The position numbers were made by a program, and so were the translations under genes. Of a stretch of DNA of 64,000 nucleotides, positions 56,733-64,000 are shown one piece after another (the first letter of the stretch is position 1; every line of letters starts with the position of its first letter). The notes under the pieces were generated by a model. That model was not told where the DNA came from. It made no database searches and was given only the letters and a program-made list of their open reading frames with translations. The stretch is taken from NCBI GenBank assembly GCA_045631885.1, contig JAZQVN010000035.1:67726-131725 (forward strand), written 5' to 3'. The DNA is from Bacilli bacterium. Its GTDB lineage: Bacteria; Bacillota_I; Bacilli_A; RFN20; CAG-826.

Positions 56733-56979
56733 TTTTATTTGTTGTTTTTGATAATTGAATGAAGGTAGGGACTTCTCTTTTTCCTTTTAATTCATAATGG
56801 ATTTCTACTTCAATAACATGCATTCCAAGGTTGAGTAAAAGGATATCGCCTTCTTTAACTTCACTACTTGGTTTAGCAACTTTTCCATTTATTGAAATCT
56901 TGCCATTTTCTGCGAGTGCTTTAGCGACAGTTCTTCTTTTGATAATTCCACTTTGTTTTAACAATAGGTCTAATCTCAT
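56725..56979 (-). CDS. S4-domain RNA-binding protein (YabO/Hsp15-like)
   Basis: MRLDLLLKQSGIIKRRTVAKALAENGKISINGK. Confidence 0.75.
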   Translation of the reverse strand: MRLDLLLKQSGIIKRRTVAKALAENGKISINGKVAKPSSEVKEGDILLLNLGMHVIEVEIHYELKGKREVPTFIQLSKTTNKND

Positions 56980-59900
56980 ACAACCTCCACCGCTCGATGT
57001 TGAACAATAATATTGGTTAAACTCATCAATATCGCTTCAAGGGTATCGAGCCATCCTTTGTTCTTGAAGATAAATATCTTGAACTCATTTTTAATATAAC
57101 TAACTTTAATAGTTTTAAGATAAGGAATCATTGATTCAAACAAGATATTTCCTATACCTCTAATATTTATATAATCTTTTGCTAAAACTAGTTCAATATT
57201 ATTCGGGTTTTCAATCATCTTCGCCACTTTGGCGTCTTCTTTTAATAAATCGATATTTCTTTTTACGAATAATTTATTAACTTCGTCTGGTAATTTACCA
57301 AATATATCTCTTGTTCTCGCTTTGATTCTCGCTAAAGCTTCTAATGATGGAGCGGTCAATATTTCTTGATAAATTTCGATCTTATCTGAATCATTAGCGA
57401 AGCTAGTTGGAATATAGGCATCTATTGATAAGGATATATTTGCTTCAATTGGTTGTTCAATTTCTCCAGTTAATTTCTCTTGAACAGCTTCATTCAACAG
57501 TTTGATATACATATCCAAACCAATAGAGTCGATGAAGCCAGCTTGCTCAGGACCTAAAATATCTCCAGCACCCCTAATCATCAAATCTCTTCTGGCGATC
57601 TTATATCCAGAACCTAATTCTGTGAATTCTTGAAGGGCTTGTAATCTCTTCTGAGCCTTTTCATTCATTTCTTTATATGGTGAATAGAATAAATAGGCGT
57701 AAGCAATACGGTTAGAACGACCCACTCTACCTTTTATTTGATAAAGTTGAGACAAACCATATCTTTCACCATCTTCAACAATAATCATATTTGCATTAGG
57801 AACATCAATTCCGTTTTCAACAATCGATGTGCAAACTAAAACATCGATTTCACCAGAATAGAATTTTGACATGACATCTTCAATTTCATCTCTTGTCATT
57901 TTGCCGTGTCCCACAGCAATCCTGGCGAACGGCAACATCTTTTGCAATCTAGATGCGCATTGATAAATTGTGGAGATGTTATTTCTCATATAGAAGACTT
58001 GTCCGTTTCGACCAAGTTCTCTTTCAATTAATTCTTTAACAACCTTATCATTAAACGGGGCGACATATGTTTGAACAGGCATTCTTTCTTGAGGGGCTGT
58101 ATCAATCTTGCTCATTGATCTGACACCTAATAAAGAGATTTGTAATGTCCTTGGAATAGGAGTGGCACTGAGGGTTAAAACATCAACATTAGTTTTTAAT
58201 TCTTTAATCTTTTCTTTTTGAGCAACACCAAATCTTTGTTCTTCATCGATAACTAATAATCCTAAATCTTTAAAAGCAATATCTTTGGATAATAAACGAT
58301 GGGTGCCAATCGCTAAATGGTATTCTCCACTTATCAAACCTTTAATATATGTATTTTCGTCTTTATCAGAAATTAAGCGAGAAAACACTGCAACTTTAAC
58401 TCCAAATTCAGAAAAACGCTTAATCGCTAATTCATAATGCTGTCTAGCTAATAATGTTGTTGGACAAAGAATCGCGGCTTGCTTTCCTGAGTTAATTGCC
58501 TTAAATATCGCCCTAAAAGCTACCTCTGTTTTACCAAAGCCAACATCGCCACATAACAAACGATCCATCGGAGAATCTTTCTCCATATCCGCTTTTATTT
58601 CGTTTATAGCTATTTGTTGGTCAGAGGTTAATTCATATTCGAAAGAATTTTCAAACATTTCAGAGAATTCATCATCTTTTTTAAAGGCAAATCCTTTGAT
58701 TTTGCTTCTTTCAATATAAAGGCTCATTAAGCGATTTGCTAAATCGTTAACTCTCTCTTTAATCTTCTTTTTCTGGTTCTCCCAGTCATTAGAATGTAGT
58801 CTGGATAATCTTGGTCTAGCGCCTTCTTTACCAATATATTTTCTGACTAGTTGGAACTGCGTTAATGGGACATATAAAAGTTCTCCGCCGGCGTAAGCAA
58901 TCTTGAGATAATCTCGGTGGACTCCTTCAACTTCTAGTGTTTGTAATTCGATAAATTGACCAATACCTTGATATTCATGAACGACAAAGTCTCCAGGTTC
59001 TAAATCTTCAAATGATTTTAAGATTGTTGCTTCTTTAAATCTATTATCGAATCTATTTGTTTTAACTTTTTCGTTAAATAATTCCGCGGCGGTTAAGTAA
59101 ACGATCTTTTCTTCAGGGAGATAAAAACCCATTGATAAATTTAATGTCGAGATACCAACATTGCAGTTTTCTGGTATACCAAATTCTTTAATCGCCTTAT
59201 ATGGGATATTTAATGCAGACAATCCTTCTTCAATGACATTAATCTGTTCTTTTTTACCTAAATTAAGGATGACTTTATCTCCTTCATTTAAATATATTTG
59301 AATGATGTTTAAGGCGTCCCCTCTTTTGCTAGCGACATAAGGAACGTTTTTAACATTAAATGTTAAATCATCACTTCCTTCAATAAATTTAGAAGTGGAG
59401 ATAGTTTTATATGAATGAGGATTGATTAATCTATCAAAGTCTTTGCATAACTCTAAATGAGATATATTGATTCCCTTTTCATGTAATTCATTTAAGTATT
59501 CCATCGATTCGTTAAGCATCAACGAGTTAGCTTGTTCAATCGCATCAGTGTCAACAAGGATTCTCGTATAGTTTTTACAATAATCAAAGATAGAAAAATG
59601 ATTCTTTGTTATTAAGGAATAATATTTATATAACTTTTGACTTGGTTGACCTTCTAATATCTCCATTAAGTCACTTTCAGTCATATTTCTTAGATTCTCA
59701 AAGAGAGTTAAAGACATATGAGATTGATCTTTTTCTAAAATCGAGAAGATCTTTTCTCCTGCTTCTTTTAATTCTTCATCAGATAATAAAATATCGTTAC
59801 CTGGTAAGATAGATATCTTATCAATTTCTTTAATGGAAACTTGTGTTGCTAAATCAAAATAACGGATTGATTCGATCTCATTATCAAAGAATTCAATACG

Positions 59901-60455
59901 GACTGGATTGTCATTATTAACTGAATAGATATCTAAGATATCTCCACGATTAGCAAACTGCAAAGATTGGTCAACTTTACTGACCTTAAGATAACCATTC
60001 TTGATTAAATTCAACTTGATTTCTCCTAGGTCATAGGATTGACCTTTTACAAAGTCGATACTCTTCTCAGAAAAGAGAGTTGGATCTGGTAAATATCTAC
60101 AAGCGGACGCTAAGTTAGCAATAACAATTTTTGCTCTTCCTCTAATGATTTCGTTTAGGACATATAAACGCTGAGCCACCATTTCTTTAGATTGCGCTAA
60201 AGTTTGAGCTCTGATTAATTCATCAGTTGGGAACAATAAAACACTATCTTTCCCTAAAAGGGAAACTAGGATTTGATATATCTTTTGAGCTTTATATAAA
60301 TTAGATGTAATTAATAAATATTGTTCGTTATCTTCTTTAAAAGAAAGCGCAGTTAATAAGCTAATTCCAATCGTGTCATCCACGACAAAATGCCCCTTCT
60401 TCTTCAAGAAGGAGGGTATCACCTTATTGTTTTTCAACTTCGTAAATAGGTCCAA
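56976..60455 (-). CDS. mfd: Transcription-repair coupling factor
   Basis: 1159 aa. Contains the CarD-like segment FVVHEYQGIGQF, helicase motifs GDVGFGKTEV, DEEQRFG and the TRG region. Confidence 0.95.
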   Translation of the reverse strand: MDLFTKLKNNKVIPSFLKKKGHFVVDDTIGISLLTALSFKEDNEQYLLITSNLYKAQKIYQILVSLLGKDSVLLFPTDELIRAQTLAQSKEMVAQRLYVLNEIIRGRAKIVIANLASACRYLPDPTLFSEKSIDFVKGQSYDLGEIKLNLIKNGYLKVSKVDQSLQFANRGDILDIYSVNNDNPVRIEFFDNEIESIRYFDLATQVSIKEIDKISILPGNDILLSDEELKEAGEKIFSILEKDQSHMSLTLFENLRNMTESDLMEILEGQPSQKLYKYYSLITKNHFSIFDYCKNYTRILVDTDAIEQANSLMLNESMEYLNELHEKGINISHLELCKDFDRLINPHSYKTISTSKFIEGSDDLTFNVKNVPYVASKRGDALNIIQIYLNEGDKVILNLGKKEQINVIEEGLSALNIPYKAIKEFGIPENCNVGISTLNLSMGFYLPEEKIVYLTAAELFNEKVKTNRFDNRFKEATILKSFEDLEPGDFVVHEYQGIGQFIELQTLEVEGVHRDYLKIAYAGGELLYVPLTQFQLVRKYIGKEGARPRLSRLHSNDWENQKKKIKERVNDLANRLMSLYIERSKIKGFAFKKDDEFSEMFENSFEYELTSDQQIAINEIKADMEKDSPMDRLLCGDVGFGKTEVAFRAIFKAINSGKQAAILCPTTLLARQHYELAIKRFSEFGVKVAVFSRLISDKDENTYIKGLISGEYHLAIGTHRLLSKDIAFKDLGLLVIDEEQRFGVAQKEKIKELKTNVDVLTLSATPIPRTLQISLLGVRSMSKIDTAPQERMPVQTYVAPFNDKVVKELIERELGRNGQVFYMRNNISTIYQCASRLQKMLPFARIAVGHGKMTRDEIEDVMSKFYSGEIDVLVCTSIVENGIDVPNANMIIVEDGERYGLSQLYQIKGRVGRSNRIAYAYLFYSPYKEMNEKAQKRLQALQEFTELGSGYKIARRDLMIRGAGDILGPEQAGFIDSIGLDMYIKLLNEAVQEKLTGEIEQPIEANISLSIDAYIPTSFANDSDKIEIYQEILTAPSLEALARIKARTRDIFGKLPDEVNKLFVKRNIDLLKEDAKVAKMIENPNNIELVLAKDYINIRGIGNILFESMIPYLKTIKVSYIKNEFKIFIFKNKGWLDTLEAILMSLTNIIVQHRAVEVV

Positions 60456-60465
60456 AATGTCCTCC

Positions 60466-61017
60466 TTAGTTGAATTTGCTCATGGCTCGATCAAAGCCGA
60501 ATCTAATTGCCTCCTTAATCGCTTCCACTGCATCATGAATGGCTTCATTAATTACTACTCTTTCATCTTTGGATGGTTTACTTAGAACATAATCAATCGC
60601 ATCATCTTCAGGTTCACCAATACCGACACGAATTCTTTTGAATTCTTCTGTGCCGAGGTTCTCAATGATGTTTTGTAAACCTTTTTGTCCACCAGAAGAA
60701 CCTTTTTGTCTTAATCTAATCGTTCCAACTGGTAAAGCCATATCATCACAAACAACAATAATGTTAGAAAGGTCAATTTTAAAATAGTTCACCACTTGTC
60801 TAACCGCGGTGCCACTTAAATTCATATAAGTGGTTGGTTTAAATAGCATGACATCTTCATCGAAGATTTGGCCTCTACCAAGGAGACCACAGAAAACTTC
60901 CTTATCAACATCAATTTTTGATAAGTCGCTTAATAAGTCAATAACATCAAAACCCATATTATGACGGGTTCCAGCATATTTCTTACCAGGATTTCCTAAA
61001 CCAACGATTAATAACAT
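60466..61017 (-). CDS. pth: Peptidyl-tRNA hydrolase
   Basis: LIVGLGNPGKKYAGTRHNMGF. Confidence 0.95.
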   Translation of the reverse strand: MLLIVGLGNPGKKYAGTRHNMGFDVIDLLSDLSKIDVDKEVFCGLLGRGQIFDEDVMLFKPTTYMNLSGTAVRQVVNYFKIDLSNIIVVCDDMALPVGTIRLRQKGSSGGQKGLQNIIENLGTEEFKRIRVGIGEPEDDAIDYVLSKPSKDERVVINEAIHDAVEAIKEAIRFGFDRAMSKFN

Positions 61018-61095
61018 AACTAACCTTTCTGACCGACATTATACAAAAAAATATGCTTTTATGAAAGCATTGATTATTGCTATACTTACTAAGGT

Positions 61096-62058
61096 ATGAA
61101 ACAGTTCTTTAAAAGACTCGTAGCGGGTTTAGGTATTGGAGCAGGCGCGGCAATACCAGGAGTATCAGGCGCGGCAATCGCCTTAATCCTTCATGTCTAC
61201 GAAGATATTATCACCGCGGTTAATAATTTTAGAAAAAGATTTGGTTGGGCTATTAAGGTGTTGATCCCAATCCTTATCGGTATCATGATTGCGGTTGTTA
61301 CTTGCGTCATCGTTTTCCATCTCGCTTTCGAATATTGTATGTTCGTTTTAATCTGCGTTTTTGCTGGTTTTTTAATCGGTTCATTCCCAGGTATTACAGA
61401 TAACGTAAAAGGTGTGAAAATTTCCAAAAAACATATCATATCCGCCATTATTGGTGCGATTTTCGTAATTACACTTGGCGTTTTAAGCGTTATTTTAGGA
61501 TCAAAAGGAAGCGCTGTTTCTAATGCATTTTTAGAGATGCCAATTTGGTTATATTTTGTTCTTATTCCGGTCGGGGCAGTTGCTGCGGTGGCATTAACAG
61601 TTCCTGGTTTATCTGGATCATTAATACTCCTCATCATCGGCTTCTATCGTCCACTTATGGACACTACTGTTGCTTTTGGAAAAGAAATCTTCAGCGGAGA
61701 TTGGTCTCACTTTGGACAACTCATCGGAATGCTCGGTTGTTTCGCTATCGGTTGTTTAATCGGTGTGGTTCTCATTTCTAAATTAATGACTTTATTACTT
61801 GCTAAGTTCCATGATGTCACATATTTCGCCATCATCGGTTTTGTCTTAGGTAGTATCTTTGTCTTATTCTTTAACTTTGATATTTTCAATTATTATCAAT
61901 ATTGGGCTGGTAACCCAGTTCCAGGAGTGGCTATTAACCCAATCATGCCTATCTACATTGAAATCCCGGTTGGCTTAGTCGTCCTTTGTGGCGCGGCTTT
62001 CTTATCATATTTACTCGTTAAACATAATCGTAATAATCCTGTTTCACAAGAAGAATAA
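61096..62058 (+). CDS. DUF368 family membrane protein (candidate undecaprenyl-phosphate translocase, PopT-like)
   Basis: Duplicated IPGVSGAA / VPGLSGS motifs in a polytopic membrane protein. Confidence 0.75.
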   Translation: MKQFFKRLVAGLGIGAGAAIPGVSGAAIALILHVYEDIITAVNNFRKRFGWAIKVLIPILIGIMIAVVTCVIVFHLAFEYCMFVLICVFAGFLIGSFPGITDNVKGVKISKKHIISAIIGAIFVITLGVLSVILGSKGSAVSNAFLEMPIWLYFVLIPVGAVAAVALTVPGLSGSLILLIIGFYRPLMDTTVAFGKEIFSGDWSHFGQLIGMLGCFAIGCLIGVVLISKLMTLLLAKFHDVTYFAIIGFVLGSIFVLFFNFDIFNYYQYWAGNPVPGVAINPIMPIYIEIPVGLVVLCGAAFLSYLLVKHNRNNPVSQEE

Positions 62059-62070
62059 TAAAATTATATA

Positions 62071-62100
62071 TTGACAAGTTCGCATACGAACAACCATAAT
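62071..62100 (+). promoter_or_regulatory. marR promoter with an embedded palindromic operator
   Basis: TTGACA, 18 nt, then CATAAT. The spacer contains GTTCG-cata-CGAAC. Confidence 0.45.
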
Positions 62101-62118
62101 ATTTTATGCATTTTTATT

Positions 62119-62562
62119 ATGGAAAAGTTTGATTGCAGGAACGACATAATTTATTTAATTAGACACTTATCAAAACTTTTACAAGCCGACTTTGATAGGA
62201 GAGTCGCTGAAGCTGGTTTAACATGCGCGCAAGCTCGTGTTCTTTTATTTATCGGAAGAAAAACTAATTTAGACAAGGTTGAGGTCCATCAAAACGATGT
62301 TCAAAAGGAATTCGCTTTAGCGAAATCAACAGTAAACGGGTTGATATCAAGGTTAGAGAAAAACGACTTCGTTAAAAGAGAAAATGTCAAAAACCATGTG
62401 AATCTGACATTAACGGAGAAAGGTAATAACACCATTTCTCAAATCAGAGAAGGTCGAGTGGCTACGATCAATAAGCTATTTGAAAACCACGATGAAGAAC
62501 AAAAACAAAAATTATTAAATGAATTAAATCAATTGATAAACAACTTGGAAGGAGGAAATTAA
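62119..62562 (+). CDS. MarR family transcriptional regulator
   Basis: LTCAQARVLLFIGRK...QKEFALAKSTVNGLISRLEKNDFVKR wHTH. Start set at MEKFD, since the listed 62071 start is the TTG of the -35 box. Confidence 0.8.
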   Translation: MEKFDCRNDIIYLIRHLSKLLQADFDRRVAEAGLTCAQARVLLFIGRKTNLDKVEVHQNDVQKEFALAKSTVNGLISRLEKNDFVKRENVKNHVNLTLTEKGNNTISQIREGRVATINKLFENHDEEQKQKLLNELNQLINNLEGGN

Positions 62563-62563
62563 G

Positions 62564-64000
62564 ATGATAGAAAAAATTAAGCTCATATTAAAAAGTGTCA
62601 GACAATATAAGAAGTTTGCCATTATCACTCCTATATTTATGGTTTTAGAAACAGCTTTAGAGTGTTTCCTTCCATTTATCATGTCTGTTTTAATCGATAA
62701 CATCGCTTATATTGATGAAGCTTCAGATATTGCAAACCTCACCATTCTTCAAATGAGAGAGGCTGTTGGTATCACCAATAATGCTAATCCACTATTTAAT
62801 CTTTCTATCTTAGGAATCATTTTAGTTTTAGTCGGATTCTCAATGGCGTCTTTAGCGTGTGGTATCCTCGGTGGAAGATTTGCTGCCAAAGCCTCTATCG
62901 GTATGGGTGCTAACTTAAGACAAGACTTATATAGAAAAATGCAAGATTTCAGTTTCAAGAATATTGATAAATTCCATGCATCTAGCTTAATCACAAGAAT
63001 GACCACGGATGTTAATAACGTCCAAATGGCTTTCCAAATGTGTATCCGTATCGTTATTAGAGCTCCTTTAATGATGATATTCTCAGCGATTATGGCGTTC
63101 GTTGCCGGTGGAACAATGGCGTTTATTTTCATCGCCCTCATTCCGTTAGTAGCGTTATGTTTATTCTTCATCGTCAAAGCCGCGATGAAAGTCTTCACAA
63201 GAGTCTTTAAACGTTACGATAAACTTAACGAATCCATTCAAGAAAACGTCTCTGGTGTTAGAGTGGTTAAATCATTTGTTAGAGAAGACTACGAGAAAGA
63301 AAAATTCTCCAAAGCCTCAACTGATATGACTAAAGACTTTATTAAAGCAGAGAAGATTGTCGCTTTAAATAACCCAGTCATGAACACCACTATTCACTTA
63401 AGTAATATCCTAGTCGTTGGCTTTGGTTCATATATCATTTGCACAACTGTTTTAGGTTTAGATGGAGACGACATTTTATTCGGTCAATTATCCATCGGTC
63501 AAATGTCTTCTTTATTAACCTATGGTATCCAAATCTTAACATCGATTATGATGATTTCTTTAATCATGGTTATGCTTACCATGTCATTAGAATCAATTAG
63601 ACGTATTGGAGAGGTCTTACAAGAAGAGCCAACCATTAAGAATCCAGATAACCCAATTATGGAAATTCCCGATGGTTCCGTTGACTTCGATGATGTCAAT
63701 TTCAAGTATGTCGATTCCGCAGAAAAAAACACATTAGAAAACCTAAATTTGCATATAAAATCCGGACAATTTATCGGAATTTTAGGTTCAACTGGTTCAG
63801 GTAAAACCAGCTTAGTAAACCTTATTTCTCGTCTTTATGACATCAATGAAGGAAGCCTTAAAGTTGGTGGTTATGATGTGAGGGAATATGACCTAGTTAA
63901 ATTAAGAGATGCAGTCTCTGTTGTTTTACAGAAAAATGTCTTATTCTCAGGCACTATTGAGTCTAACCTTCACTGGGGTAATAAAGAAGCGACCGAAGAA
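62564..64000 (+). CDS. ABC exporter, fused permease/ATPase (type 1 exporter), 3' end truncated by window edge
   Basis: The ATG lies 1 nt after the marR stop with GGAGGA upstream. The frame is open to nt 64000. Six-TM exporter domain, then Walker A GSTGSGKTS. Confidence 0.85.
   Translation, partial: MIEKIKLILKSVRQYKKFAIITPIFMVLETALECFLPFIMSVLIDNIAYIDEASDIANLTILQMREAVGITNNANPLFNLSILGIILVLVGFSMASLACGILGGRFAAKASIGMGANLRQDLYRKMQDFSFKNIDKFHASSLITRMTTDVNNVQMAFQMCIRIVIRAPLMMIFSAIMAFVAGGTMAFIFIALIPLVALCLFFIVKAAMKVFTRVFKRYDKLNESIQENVSGVRVVKSFVREDYEKEKFSKASTDMTKDFIKAEKIVALNNPVMNTTIHLSNILVVGFGSYIICTTVLGLDGDDILFGQLSIGQMSSLLTYGIQILTSIMMISLIMVMLTMSLESIRRIGEVLQEEPTIKNPDNPIMEIPDGSVDFDDVNFKYVDSAEKNTLENLNLHIKSGQFIGILGSTGSGKTSLVNLISRLYDINEGSLKVGGYDVREYDLVKLRDAVSVVLQKNVLFSGTIESNLHWGNKEATEE

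Noticed and set aside
61197-61637. 146-aa minus-strand ORF inside the DUF368 gene, and 62749..63198 inside the ABC exporter
   Set aside because: These are antisense shadow frames of hydrophobic membrane-protein genes, with no independent signals.
1-64000. Mycoplasma-type genetic code (TGA = Trp)
   Set aside because: All long genes are intact under the standard code. Trp in conserved motifs (for example QWGDEGKG) is TGG, and TGA terminates at least one ORF (49003).

Overview
This is a low-G+C Bacillota/Mollicutes-like chromosomal window. It uses the standard genetic code: TGA acts as a stop, Trp is TGG, and long ORFs need no recoding. It is densely coding, with most genes on the minus strand. 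The housekeeping blocks I recognise are: pepT; htpG behind two tandem CIRCE operators; tmRNA (ssrA); gdpP-rplI-dnaB-yycJ-rlmH; a GPH sugar symporter; pepO; an Fe-ADH; an ABC-F protein; a GGDEF cyclase; a nitrogen/nucleotide gene string (aminotransferase, pyrG, orf83, type III glutamine synthetase, an in-frame purB::purA fusion, glmS) with a divergent LysR regulator; rpsF-ssb-rpsR; lysS-dusB-ftsH-tilS-S4-mfd-pth; a DUF368 protein; and marR plus an ABC exporter that is cut by the window end. There are two accessory regions. The first is a GNAT/AlkD/membrane-protein mix at about 26-31 kb. The second, and most interesting, is a roughly 4.1 kb islet at 45.5-49.6 kb, placed just downstream of the rpsR terminator. 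The islet is bounded by a 45-bp direct duplication of that terminator (43/45 identical), with a third degenerate copy in the middle. It also holds three direct copies of a ~92-nt non-coding repeat and several G+C-rich patches. Its genes are a Fic-family protein with a small ParB/Srx-like partner, an AbiEii-like nucleotidyltransferase co-operonic with a 96-aa protein that joins a Nif11-like double-glycine leader to a CxxC...CxxC zinc-ribbon core, and a compositionally foreign membrane protein. I saw no integrase, CRISPR array, tRNA or rRNA. All calls rest on reading the sequence and ORF translations by eye; no database search was run.
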